Shown here: positions 53,033 through 62,023 of the stretch, piece after piece | Numbering within the stretch: the stretch's first letter is position 1 | How the letters are laid out: the number at the start of each line of letters is the position of its first letter | Sequence record: OP380604.1 | Strand: one strand, 5' to 3' | Length of the DNA: 64,000 nucleotides | Notes under the pieces: generated by a model | The model's input: only the letters and a program-made list of their open reading frames with translations | Told to the model about the DNA's origin: nothing | Database searches by the model: none | Translations under genes and position numbers: made by a program

Positions 53033-53513
53033 AGCATTCTCAGATAAAGGCTGGGTCGGAAGATCGGGTCGTGCTATTGGCATGGATTATGAGTTCATGA
53101 AACTATATGATCCCAAACTAGCAGAGATATACCGTCCAGACGACAAATATCCAGAGGGAATAAACGTTACTAAGTTTGAAAACTTCTTTGAAGCAGAAGA
53201 AATTGTAAAGAATATTTTGCCACATTTTCAATACCTAGATTTTTATTCCCAATGGCTTCATGTTCGAAACGCTTATCAAATTTTAGGCAGAGATCTGAAT
53301 ACTCCTTCCGACTTGGTGATATGCTATTCTACCGAGAGACGTGGTATTATTCAGGGTGGAACAAGAACGGCAACGACTATAGCCAAACGTAGAGGAATTC
53401 CTGTTGTCAATTTGTGGCATTATGACAATATGAAAAAGATCTGCGACAAGTTTGATATAGAAGTTCCTGAATTTGAAACGCATAAACAGATCGATCTATC
53501 CTTCTTAGAATAA
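52956..53513 (+). CDS. DprA/SMF-like SLOG Rossmann protein
   Basis: IGTR, SGRAIGMD, RNAYQILG.DLNTPSDLVICY and GGTRTA...GIPVVNL. Confidence 0.72.
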   Translation: MKKIVTLIGTRYPPKLIVPSVNQIGKAFSDKGWVGRSGRAIGMDYEFMKLYDPKLAEIYRPDDKYPEGINVTKFENFFEAEEIVKNILPHFQYLDFYSQWLHVRNAYQILGRDLNTPSDLVICYSTERRGIIQGGTRTATTIAKRRGIPVVNLWHYDNMKKICDKFDIEVPEFETHKQIDLSFLE

Positions 53514-53550
53514 ATACATGTAGATAAACCTACATAGAAGGAACTTTGAA

Positions 53551-53892
53551 ATGTTAACAGTTGAACAAATTGCCGCAGTCTGCCACGAAATGAACCGTCA
53601 TTATTGCCTACTATTGGGCGACGACTCTATTAAGCCATGGAAAGAAGCAGAAGAACAACAGAGACAATCCTGTATTCTTGGTGTTAAATCTGTTATGGCT
53701 GATCCAGACAAGACTGCCGAGCAACTTCATCATGAGTGGAAATCGCATAAGATTTCCGAAGGGTGGAAATATGGCGAGACAAAAGATTCAAAACTAAAAA
53801 CTCATCCATGTATTGTTGACTATGAAGATCTGCCAATCGAGCAGCGAATTAAAGACGAACTATTCGGTTCTATCGTTGTATCTTTGATGTAA
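53551..53892 (+). CDS. RyR-domain protein
   Basis: HHEW...GWKYGETKD..KTHPCIVDYEDLP..R.KD; AATAAATA late-like box at 53509-53516. Confidence 0.82.
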   Translation: MLTVEQIAAVCHEMNRHYCLLLGDDSIKPWKEAEEQQRQSCILGVKSVMADPDKTAEQLHHEWKSHKISEGWKYGETKDSKLKTHPCIVDYEDLPIEQRIKDELFGSIVVSLM

Positions 53893-53896
53893 AAAG

Positions 53897-53924
53897 AAAG
53901 GCCACTCGTTTGAGTGGCCTTTTT
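53897..53924. terminator. Bidirectional terminator
   Basis: AAAGGCCACTC-GTTT-GAGTGGCCTTT between convergent genes. Confidence 0.85.
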
Positions 53925-53925
53925 G

Positions 53926-54138
53926 TTATCTAATACTCTGTAGGAATCGCTGGCGTTGATTCTCACTCAGAGTTGATAGGAATGCACGGGTCTTAGCGAT
54001 GCCGTCTTCCAAACGTCTCTCATTAAGCGCCTTAGCTTCTGCCAGACGTTCTTTCTCTTTCTGTTCTGGACTCTTATTCAGAATCGATTCGGCGATCAAA
54101 GTGGTGATATGATCGGAGTTAAACATTGATGTTGACAT
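53926..54138 (-). CDS. Hypothetical protein
   Basis: 70-aa ORF after gene 24; SD AAGGAA. Confidence 0.65.
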   Translation of the reverse strand: MSTSMFNSDHITTLIAESILNKSPEQKEKERLAEAKALNERRLEDGIAKTRAFLSTLSENQRQRFLQSIR

Positions 54139-54149
54139 TTTAATATTCC

Positions 54150-55328
54150 TTATTGTACAACGACTGGAGTTAGTCGAACGAACATGCTACGATTTGCAGC
54201 TTTTTGCCAATCTTCGCCATTTGGCTTTGCACCCTGTGCAACGTCAGCATAATCTGGGAAGCAGCTCAGAGCATAACGACTAATAACACCAACAACTGGC
54301 TGAATTGCACCAGGCTCAGATGTTACCAAGAAAGTGCCTGCTTCATCATCTTCCTGATACGGAGAATAGAATACGCCACTTGCGTTATCCATGCTATTTG
54401 GACCACCGTCAACTTTTGAACCTACCATGAAATAGTCAACAATAGCGTTTCCGTCCATAATAAGTTTTAGTTTCGTCCCCTTGATAGTTCCGTCACTTTC
54501 AACTTGTCCACTCGCACGAATAATACCAGCCACTTTAAAACTTGCTACCAAGTACGTTGCCGGGAAAGAAGTCCACCATTCTACTTCTGCCGCCATACGA
54601 CAAGCTTTATTAATGATCTCACGGCCTTGGAAATAAGTTGTTTCGTAGTTGATCAAGTTCAATTCTTCTTCTTTGGTACTAATACAAATCAGTTTAGAAA
54701 TAATATCGCTATTGACTTCTTCTGAAATTGCAGTGGCCAATAGATCTTCGATTGCGTCATTGGAATTAAGATGTTCACGTTCCATATCTTGAAGCAATTC
54801 GATAGTGATCGGACATTTCATCTTGCGAGCGCGAACTAGAGCAGACCAACGATTCAAAGTAAACTTAACTTCGGGAACAATTTCATTTCCGTCTTGTTCG
54901 TTTGCATAATCGATTCCGTCTGCCAATAGACGTAGATCCCCGCGCATCATAGCTCGGTGATAATCTTCGTCAGTTGTATATCCGTCTACATAGTTGCCAG
55001 CATTAATAACTTCGTATGCATATCCGTTAAATTGGAATTGATTTCCTTTTGTTGCATTTGTTGACGGAGCTGGAAGAGTTGAATATCCAATCTTGTACGC
55101 GCCTCCATGAGTGCGGTGATCGAGTTGAATATCATACGTGCGACCGTCAGAGGCAACGTAGTCCAAACGCATTCCATAGACTGTAGCGAGAGGCTGTTTA
55201 GTCGGCTGAATTGATACCAGTTCTTTATAGATTTTTTCTTGAGTTTTTCTAGTCAGAGCAACTAGAGTAGGACGTCCAGCTTCGATGCTCGATGCACCGC
55301 TAGACTCCGCGATTAAGTCTTTTAACAT
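54150..55328 (-). CDS. 24: Capsid vertex protein gp24
   Basis: gp23-like fold motifs (ESSGASSIEAGRP, VKFTLNRW...RARKMK); synteny. Confidence 0.92.
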   Translation of the reverse strand: MLKDLIAESSGASSIEAGRPTLVALTRKTQEKIYKELVSIQPTKQPLATVYGMRLDYVASDGRTYDIQLDHRTHGGAYKIGYSTLPAPSTNATKGNQFQFNGYAYEVINAGNYVDGYTTDEDYHRAMMRGDLRLLADGIDYANEQDGNEIVPEVKFTLNRWSALVRARKMKCPITIELLQDMEREHLNSNDAIEDLLATAISEEVNSDIISKLICISTKEEELNLINYETTYFQGREIINKACRMAAEVEWWTSFPATYLVASFKVAGIIRASGQVESDGTIKGTKLKLIMDGNAIVDYFMVGSKVDGGPNSMDNASGVFYSPYQEDDEAGTFLVTSEPGAIQPVVGVISRYALSCFPDYADVAQGAKPNGEDWQKAANRSMFVRLTPVVVQ

Positions 55329-55356
55329 TTAATGACTCCCTGTGGGTTTCTTGTGT

Positions 55357-55364
55357 TATTTATA
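55357..55364 (-). promoter_or_regulatory. Late promoter TATAAATA for gene 24
   Basis: Perfect consensus directly after the gene 23 terminator. Confidence 0.75.
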
Positions 55365-55367
55365 AAC

Positions 55368-55393
55368 AAAAAGGGAGAGCTTGCGCCCTCCCT
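55368..55393 (-). terminator. Gene 23 terminator
   Basis: AGGGAGGGC-GCAA-GCTCTCCCT plus T tract on the minus strand. Confidence 0.8.
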
Positions 55394-55414
55394 CTTGTTG
55401 TGTTATCTTAACGA

Positions 55415-57028
55415 TTAAACACCAGCTACCAGTACACGACGGAAGAACGCATTCTTACCGAACATGTTGGTGTGTTGCGGCATACCGTTGCTGATCTTAG
55501 CGAACCCTTTATTCTGGGTAGCGTCAGCCATCGGGTGCAGTTTAACACCGTAACGAGTCTTGAAGCCCAGAACAGGTTGGAAGTTCTTAGGATCGGTACC
55601 ACGCAGCGGAGTCAGCGCAACGTATGGGCAGTAGTACAGGCCAGCATCCATTTCAGAAGCGCCTTTGTAACCCACGGTGAAGTAATCTTCAACAGCGTAC
55701 TGATCGATATACACACGATACTTACCAGCCAGAACACCAGCGAACAGGCTAGAAGTGGTGTCGGTGTTCATAGTGGTGTTAGCACCCAGAGCAGCCGGGG
55801 TAACCAGCATGTCGGTGTGACCCAGAGCAGCGGCAACGTTACGTGAACAGATGATGAAGTTACCTTGACCGCGACCGGTTTGACGGGCGATTTCGTTAGC
55901 TTCTTTGTCGATCTGAACTACCAGAGCTTTGTAGCTTTCACCAGCCCAACGAGCACCACGAATATCTTTGGTGTCTTGGAAGTCGAACACACCAGCTTTA
56001 CCGCCGTGCATGTTAGTCCAGCCAGTCTTACCTACTTTAGCAGTAGCGTTAATCCACAGAACCATTTCACGGTTGATTTCGTGCATGATTTCATTAGCCA
56101 GAATGCTAGACAGTTCGCTGTCAGCGTCCAGACCGTGAACCGCGCGCAGGTCTTGTGCCATTTCGATAGAGTATTGAGCTTTCAGTTGGCGAGATTTAGC
56201 TTCAACAACTTGCTTGTCAATACGGAAGGACATTTCGTTCCACTCGTTATCGGTAGAACCGTTGAAACCTTGTTGCAGTTCAGCAAAAGCGGTAGCCATT
56301 GCAGAGCTGGTTTCTACAGCGTAACCGTTAGCCAGCAGCCACTTGTAAGCCAGACCGGCTTCAACTTGATCGGCAGGCAGAGCGTCGATAGCATAGTCCT
56401 TGATAAACTGAACAGTCTTGGTACCAGCTTGAACACCGGTAGCAGCTTCGATGTGCAGTTTAGCGAACGCGCCGGTAGCGAATGCAGTACCACGGGCAAA
56501 CTCAGCGATATCTTGAGCAGCGCCACGACCGGAGAAATCAGCGTCTGGGCCGAAAGTCGGGTGGAAAGCTTCGCGAGCGTTAGCGTCTTGAGAGTTGCCG
56601 CCGTAAATGGCACGCAGAGTAAACACTTGACCGGTAGAGCTAGTCATTGGCTGAACACCGCAAATATCAAACGCAATCAGTTGCGGAATAGCGCGACGCA
56701 CCAGACCCATAACAGCAGGACCAACGTTGGTGATAGAACCAGTAGTTTCACCAGATGCAATCTTAGCAGCATCGTAGCCGTGATCACCGCCGATGTTGGC
56801 TTCTGCCAGTGCTTTTTCTTTAGCTTCGTTGATACGACCTTTAACGTCGATCATGGAGTTAACAACTACCTGATCAGTATATACACCACCTTCGTTATGT
56901 GCAATATCTTCGTCCTGGTTTTCGAAGATACGAGCGACGATATCCTTACGCTTCATAGAAGCAATAGCAGGCATACCTTCACTTTCTACCAGCGGCTGCC
57001 ATTTTTTCAGGAGAGATTTCTTAGACAT
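55415..57028 (-). CDS. 23: Major capsid protein gp23
   Basis: LIAFDICGVQPM, EMSFRIDKQVVEAKSRQLKA and FQPVLGFKTRYG. Confidence 0.98.
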   Translation of the reverse strand: MSKKSLLKKWQPLVESEGMPAIASMKRKDIVARIFENQDEDIAHNEGGVYTDQVVVNSMIDVKGRINEAKEKALAEANIGGDHGYDAAKIASGETTGSITNVGPAVMGLVRRAIPQLIAFDICGVQPMTSSTGQVFTLRAIYGGNSQDANAREAFHPTFGPDADFSGRGAAQDIAEFARGTAFATGAFAKLHIEAATGVQAGTKTVQFIKDYAIDALPADQVEAGLAYKWLLANGYAVETSSAMATAFAELQQGFNGSTDNEWNEMSFRIDKQVVEAKSRQLKAQYSIEMAQDLRAVHGLDADSELSSILANEIMHEINREMVLWINATAKVGKTGWTNMHGGKAGVFDFQDTKDIRGARWAGESYKALVVQIDKEANEIARQTGRGQGNFIICSRNVAAALGHTDMLVTPAALGANTTMNTDTTSSLFAGVLAGKYRVYIDQYAVEDYFTVGYKGASEMDAGLYYCPYVALTPLRGTDPKNFQPVLGFKTRYGVKLHPMADATQNKGFAKISNGMPQHTNMFGKNAFFRRVLVAGV

Positions 57029-57075
57029 TCTTTTGTTTCCTTATGAAAAAGTTTTTTATTAAAGACAATCATTCT

Positions 57076-57101
57076 TATCTGATAGTATTTAGTATCAGAT
57101 A
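57076..57101 (-). promoter_or_regulatory. Gene 23 late promoter (ACTAAATA) in the loop of a 9-bp inverted repeat
   Basis: TATCTGATA-GTATTTAG-TATCAGATA. Confidence 0.7.
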
Positions 57102-57892
57102 AAGTTCAGATAACCAGCGACGGCAGGATCAATTTGCGGAGCGGTAGAAGTTTCTTTATTTTCTACAATCGGCTCAACAGTTGTTTCCGGTTCAACGAAA
57201 TTCAGATTTTCGTTTACTTGAGTTACTGGCTGTTCTTGCGGTTTAACCGCACTTACCATCTCAACAATGGCAGTCAGCTTATCAGAGAAAGTTTCGCCAA
57301 ATGGGATACCCTCGGACAGTGACATTACTTTACCTTTTTGAATCTCAGTCAGATCTTTAGTTGCTTCGGCAACAATTTGATCGCGCTTAATTGAAACAAT
57401 GCTTTCTTTCAGTTCGGAAACTTTATCCAGCGCACCATTCAGTTCTTGACGAGCTTCTCGGAGTTCTTCTTCCATCTCTGCAACTACATCAACGGATTCC
57501 TCAGGAACAACAACGTTGTGTTCTACAAAAACAGCTTTCATTGAGCCCAGCAAAGATTCAAACATTTGAACCTTAATACCGTTATCAACTGCGATTTTGT
57601 TTTCTTCCATCCAGTTTTCGACAAGATGGTCGAAATACTTGTTTACTTGCTCAGAAAGCTGTTCAACTTTCTCGGCAGATTTTTCTTCAACCAGACGATC
57701 AGCTTCTTCGGCAATTTGCTCAACGTGTGACTCGGCCAGTTTTACGGCGTGTTCTTTAACAACGGATTCGAAAACGGTGCTGAACTTGGCCTTAACTTCT
57801 GGTGCCAGTTCAACGGACTCGAAAATGCTGTCCAGTTCAACGCCAAGGGTAATATTCTTTGCTTCTGAAAGCAGTTGGTCTTTAATAGACAT
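57095..57892 (-). CDS. 22: Prohead core scaffold gp22
   Basis: Acidic coiled coil; SD GAGGA before ATG 57892; synteny. Confidence 0.93.
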   Translation of the reverse strand: MSIKDQLLSEAKNITLGVELDSIFESVELAPEVKAKFSTVFESVVKEHAVKLAESHVEQIAEEADRLVEEKSAEKVEQLSEQVNKYFDHLVENWMEENKIAVDNGIKVQMFESLLGSMKAVFVEHNVVVPEESVDVVAEMEEELREARQELNGALDKVSELKESIVSIKRDQIVAEATKDLTEIQKGKVMSLSEGIPFGETFSDKLTAIVEMVSAVKPQEQPVTQVNENLNFVEPETTVEPIVENKETSTAPQIDPAVAGYLNFI

Positions 57893-57920
57893 TTTAAATC
57901 CTCGGTAGTTGTTATACATG

Positions 57921-57928
57921 TATTTAGT
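57921..57928 (-). promoter_or_regulatory. Late promoter (ACTAAATA) for gene 22
   Basis: Overlaps the gene 21 stop. Confidence 0.6.
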
Positions 57929-58553
57929 TAAGGTTTTTTAACGCTTCCGCCAATGCCAGAAAAGCTTCGTCATTATTAACTTTCTTCTTTTCCTCAATAT
58001 TAGCAGACAGAGATTCCACTACCGGTTTAACATATGCATTAGGCGCACTTGGCCCCCAAACAACATCAACACCAACAGTTAATCTAAAACCTTCTTGAAC
58101 CTCGTTAATACCATAACGATTCGCTTTTACGGTACCCAAACCACGCGAGCTTACGCCAGGAATCCAACCAGCACGAATTAGAGCGGCAGTTTTATCGCCT
58201 TCCGCATAATCGCCTTCGATAACTCTGGCACGTCCCCAAACGTCATTTCCGCGCATTTCCAGCTTTTCGATAATGATTGCTGCATGTAGCGGATCAACGT
58301 TAGCGCGAGCTGGGTGATTTAATTCACCAAGAGCCTGTTTTGTATCAACCTGTTCTTTAATGTATTTAGCAACGGCTTCCTGCAATACTTTTTTCGGGTA
58401 CATCCGTTTGTTGCCATTAACAACTTCGGATTGCATGAAAATACCCTCGATATAAAGTTTGCCGTCACTTTCAATTGATTCAACGACAACATTAGCATCG
58501 CCGACTCTACCAGGTTGTCCCCAGTCTTCGGTTAACAGATACGGCTCAGTCAT
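57924..58553 (-). CDS. 21: Prohead protease gp21
   Basis: LGELNHP, GVSSRGLG and DVVWGPSAPNA. Confidence 0.95.
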   Translation of the reverse strand: MTEPYLLTEDWGQPGRVGDANVVVESIESDGKLYIEGIFMQSEVVNGNKRMYPKKVLQEAVAKYIKEQVDTKQALGELNHPARANVDPLHAAIIIEKLEMRGNDVWGRARVIEGDYAEGDKTAALIRAGWIPGVSSRGLGTVKANRYGINEVQEGFRLTVGVDVVWGPSAPNAYVKPVVESLSANIEEKKKVNNDEAFLALAEALKNLN

Positions 58554-58555
58554 AT

Positions 58556-59029
58556 TTACAGCCCCATCTGGTGACGTTTTTTCATTGCCTTTTTCTGCTT
58601 ACGAACCGCTTTCCGAGTGATATTCGGATGTGCGCGTTTTGTTTTAGCAGCTTTACGGGCAATTTGACGTCTTGCGGCTTTAGATAGGCCAGTTGTTTGT
58701 GTTGCTTGACGTTCGCGAGTCTTACGATCTTTTAGACGAGTTACGATTCCAAGAGCGTCAACGCGCTTGACGATTGCTTCCTGAATTTCTTCCGCATCGT
58801 TAATCGACAACATGGCAAACGCTTCAATTGCTTCATCTGTATTTAGCATGTTTTCCAGCACGGTATTCACAGAATCGCCAAGAATCTTTTTCATTTCTTC
58901 CAGACGGCCAGCAACGCTAGGTTTGCATTCTGATACCAGTTCTTCGAGAATACTTAGTTCCTCATCCGACTCGATAATACGACCATGCACGGAAGCTTTC
59001 CACTTTGCTGTCACAAGTTCTTTTGACAT
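58556..59029 (-). CDS. 68: Prohead core protein gp68
   Basis: RERQATQTTGLSKAARRQIARKA; synteny. Confidence 0.9.
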   Translation of the reverse strand: MSKELVTAKWKASVHGRIIESDEELSILEELVSECKPSVAGRLEEMKKILGDSVNTVLENMLNTDEAIEAFAMLSINDAEEIQEAIVKRVDALGIVTRLKDRKTRERQATQTTGLSKAARRQIARKAAKTKRAHPNITRKAVRKQKKAMKKRHQMGL

Positions 59030-59073
59030 TGGTCACCTTCTTAGTTTACAAGCGGGAATTATTCCCGCTCTTA

Positions 59074-59235
59074 TTATTCATCGCAGCTATAATCGGACAT
59101 CGGAGCCGCAGTTGCCGCGATTTCTTCTCTACGGCGTTGTACCGCAGCGGCAGTGCGAATGGACATTTCGTTATTAAACGCGGTCTTTGCGGAGACAAAA
59201 TCTCCTTCTGATACTGCTTTCATAAATTCATTCAT
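59074..59235 (-). CDS. 67: Prohead core protein gp67 (53 aa)
   Basis: MNEFMKAVSEGDFVSAKTAF...; lies between genes 20 and 68; below the track cut-off. Confidence 0.78.
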   Translation of the reverse strand: MNEFMKAVSEGDFVSAKTAFNNEMSIRTAAAVQRRREEIAATAAPMSDYSCDE

Positions 59236-60801
59236 TTAAAATTCCTCCATAGGATCATCTGGGTTTTTATAAACGGAATCTTTTAGTTCACCGTCAATCT
59301 TTTCCCGCTCAGTCTTAATATCTTCGTCGCTCATACGCAGAATGTTTTTCATCACGTATTCATGAGACAAATACTTACCAGTGACTTCCGCGGAAGCAAG
59401 GGTTTGCACTAAATTGACTCGACGTTCCAGAATCTCAACATCTTTAATCTCTTCGTAATAAGAGTCCTTTGAGAAAACAACCTTGATATTCTCTGCCTGT
59501 TCTTCCCACTCCAAATCACTCATTTTGCCTTTTAGCATCAGATTTGTTTTAAGCGGATTCAAGAAAATAGGCTCAAACTGTTGTTGTAGACCTCTTATAA
59601 ACTTGGTAAATTGCAGTTCGTCGCGAGTGATATCATTACCAGCACCGAATGTAACACCAGCTCCTTCTTGCGGCAAACGACTAAGCGGAATTTTCATAGA
59701 TTCATATAGTTTACGATTAAACCAACGAACATCATCCATTTCGCCCATGGATTGCGCACCAGGAAGCGTGGAAACTTCGGTAGTAGCTTTACCGTCTCTA
59801 CGCATCAACCAGTAATCTTCCGTCATGGAGAGATTATTGGAGCTGTTTTTGACTTTACCAGTAGAGCTATCGTAAACAACGCGATTCTTTAGTCCCTGCA
59901 TAACGTTATTTAGATGTTGCGTTGCCTTCTTATTCGGCATGTTACCAACGTCGATGTAGAAAACACGACGCTCAGGAGCGCGAGTGATACGGTAAATTAC
60001 CATTGCATCTTCGAGCATTTTGAGTTGGTTGGCTGGCTTAATTACGTTATGAAGATAACCAACGATTGTTTTGCCGTCGATATCAACTTTGCCACTATGA
60101 GCATATACGATTGCGTCAATCGGAATCTGAACAAGATTATTGGAGTTACCGCTAATGTTGTATCTGTTATCTTCCGTTGCGCCGTAAGTGAAAAATTCTT
60201 TCACTCCCTTATAAACATCATTGCCGTTTTCGTTTGATTTCAAGTTAACGCGATAGTATTCAACGTTACGCGGATCAAGCAAACGCAGTTCTTTTATTCC
60301 GTCTTTTGGACGAGCCGGGTCAATCATCTTGTGGAAGTAGATACGACTATCGACATACCAACGTCTGAAATGACGCTTTCCTTCTCGCTCAAACTTCAAC
60401 AGTTTTAGAATAGTACGGAATTCTTCTCGTACCATTTCTTTGACACTTTCGTTCCAATCAGTCTTATCGAGATCCAAATAAACGGTATCGCGGTTGTCTT
60501 CTTGAACGATTGCATCATTAATAATTTCATCAATTGCATTATCAACTTCGTGATATTTAGAAAGACTACGATATTGGTTAATCAAGTCCTTGGTATTTTG
60601 TATTTTCGGAGCGTATCCGAGAACAGACTGAACAATTGCCGTTTTTGGAGCAGTTGTGTCAATTTGTTTATCAACTTCGATTGCACCGTCGGCATTATCA
60701 GGAACAGCGAATGAATCGATACGATCTGAAATATCGGATTGAACTCGTTTTTCGTCGTCCTTCATCCAAGGCTGCAATAGCTTTAGAAAAATAGTGTTCA
60801 T
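59236..60801 (-). CDS. 20: Portal protein gp20
   Basis: ANQLKMLEDAMVIYRITRAPERRVFYIDVGNMP. Confidence 0.97.
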   Translation of the reverse strand: MNTIFLKLLQPWMKDDEKRVQSDISDRIDSFAVPDNADGAIEVDKQIDTTAPKTAIVQSVLGYAPKIQNTKDLINQYRSLSKYHEVDNAIDEIINDAIVQEDNRDTVYLDLDKTDWNESVKEMVREEFRTILKLLKFEREGKRHFRRWYVDSRIYFHKMIDPARPKDGIKELRLLDPRNVEYYRVNLKSNENGNDVYKGVKEFFTYGATEDNRYNISGNSNNLVQIPIDAIVYAHSGKVDIDGKTIVGYLHNVIKPANQLKMLEDAMVIYRITRAPERRVFYIDVGNMPNKKATQHLNNVMQGLKNRVVYDSSTGKVKNSSNNLSMTEDYWLMRRDGKATTEVSTLPGAQSMGEMDDVRWFNRKLYESMKIPLSRLPQEGAGVTFGAGNDITRDELQFTKFIRGLQQQFEPIFLNPLKTNLMLKGKMSDLEWEEQAENIKVVFSKDSYYEEIKDVEILERRVNLVQTLASAEVTGKYLSHEYVMKNILRMSDEDIKTEREKIDGELKDSVYKNPDDPMEEF

Positions 60802-60820
60802 TAATGTCTCCTCTTTGGAT

Positions 60821-60828
60821 TATTTATG
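60821..60828 (-). promoter_or_regulatory. Late promoter variant (CATAAATA) for gene 20
   Basis: Overlaps the endonuclease stop, upstream of the gene 20 SD. Confidence 0.55.
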
Positions 60829-61432
60829 TGCCTTCTTTTCGACACTTCTCTCCAAAAAGTCCGTGGTATCTTTTAACCGCAGACACGCGAGACGTCATGC
60901 CGCATTTTGGACAAGTTGCATAGGTTGTCGTTAATGATTTCCCCTTATTAGGATGTTCTTTTCCGAACATAGGATTCAACTCACCAATCATTCTTTTAGA
61001 TTGTTCCGGGCGTTTTCTTCCAGTCATAATAGCAGAATGATGTGGACGAGATTTGCCTTTCCACGCGCTATTTTTGCGCATTAGTTCTAATGATTCTTCT
61101 GTATGCTTTCTTCCGGCGGTTGACATTCCAAAAAATCCATGTTTTTGTGCATAAGACATATTGACAAAATCGGAAGATCTAACAACATCGCATCTTTTTT
61201 GCCAATAAAGTTCTCGTTCCAATGCAAGCAGTCTAGTATCACATTCCTCTATTATAACGACGTCGAATAGATCGGGATTAGTGGCGAGTTCTTGCTTCCA
61301 AATTTGTCCGTATTTCTTCGACTGGACAGATCCTCTGTATCCATTGTTTATTTTATCAACAGATGAACTCCCGATATAATATGGAGGCAATTTATCTCCG
61401 GAGTATATTGTCAGATATACACAAAAACACAT
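60824..61432 (-). mobile_element. Free-standing GIY-YIG (Seg-like) homing endonuclease gene
   Basis: VYLT...YYIGSS...GYRGS catalytic module; NUMOD3-like GRKHTEESLELMRK; inserted between genes 19 and 20. Confidence 0.85.
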
Positions 61433-61452
61433 AATTCTTTTTTACCTTTTAA

Positions 61453-61484
61453 ATGGGGAGAATATTCTCCCCATTATATTTATA
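61453..61484 (-). promoter_or_regulatory. Late promoter TATAAATA plus palindromic hairpin upstream of the endonuclease
   Basis: TATAAATA at 61484-61477; ATGGGGAGAATATTCTCCCCAT. Confidence 0.7.
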
Positions 61485-61973
61485 TTACTGCCACCAGTCA
61501 ATAGACAAAGTGACTTCAAACGTTTCAACTTCGTTCGACTGATCCCATGACAGAGCAATCTCAGCAATATTAGTTGGCCATGCGCCATAAACGGTATATT
61601 GGCGAGTTTGTCTTCCTTTACGATCAAGTTGACGAACGGTAGCCTCTTTCTTGTAAGACGCAGGAGCTTCGCCCAGAATATTACGATCAAGAGCTTGTGC
61701 CAGATTTTGCCACTCAATGAATTGTTGGCGTGTGTTGTGTGCTTCGTCGTTATAGACGGTAATAGTCCAGTCTTCGAATGTACGATCTCCTGCCAGCTTC
61801 ATCTTTTTATTCTGATAGCTTACAGGAACTGGCTCTACTACACCAGGAGGCATCGACGCACCTTTACATTTAAATTTGAAATCTTTGCCCATAAATGGAA
61901 TTTCAACTTCAAACAAGTTAGGACGCGCAAAGTCCCCATTGGAATATGCACGGGTGATATCCGTTAGTTCCAT
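61485..61973 (-). CDS. 19: Tail tube protein gp19
   Basis: ARPNLFEV, AGDRTFEDWTITVYND and GAWPTNI. Confidence 0.96.
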   Translation of the reverse strand: MELTDITRAYSNGDFARPNLFEVEIPFMGKDFKFKCKGASMPPGVVEPVPVSYQNKKMKLAGDRTFEDWTITVYNDEAHNTRQQFIEWQNLAQALDRNILGEAPASYKKEATVRQLDRKGRQTRQYTVYGAWPTNIAEIALSWDQSNEVETFEVTLSIDWWQ

Positions 61974-61992
61974 TTTTATTCCTCTGTGAAGT

Positions 61993-62000
61993 TATTTAGA
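61993..62000 (-). promoter_or_regulatory. Late promoter (TCTAAATA) for gene 19
   Basis: Follows a GAGGGG/CCCCTC hairpin after gene 18. Confidence 0.6.
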
Positions 62001-62023
62001 GGGGCGTTTCCACCCCTCATTGA

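Noticed and set aside
55865-57046. 393-aa plus-strand ORF antisense to gene 23
   Set aside because: Exact antisense shadow of a strongly codon-biased gene; no SD or promoter seen. The same applies to long antisense ORFs over genes 32, rnlA, pseT and rnlB.
59051-59069. Palindrome AGCGGGAAT-T-ATTCCCGCT between genes 67 and 68 as a terminator
   Set aside because: Lacks a convincing U tract and lies within the late head operon; more likely an mRNA stability or processing hairpin, so it was not called.
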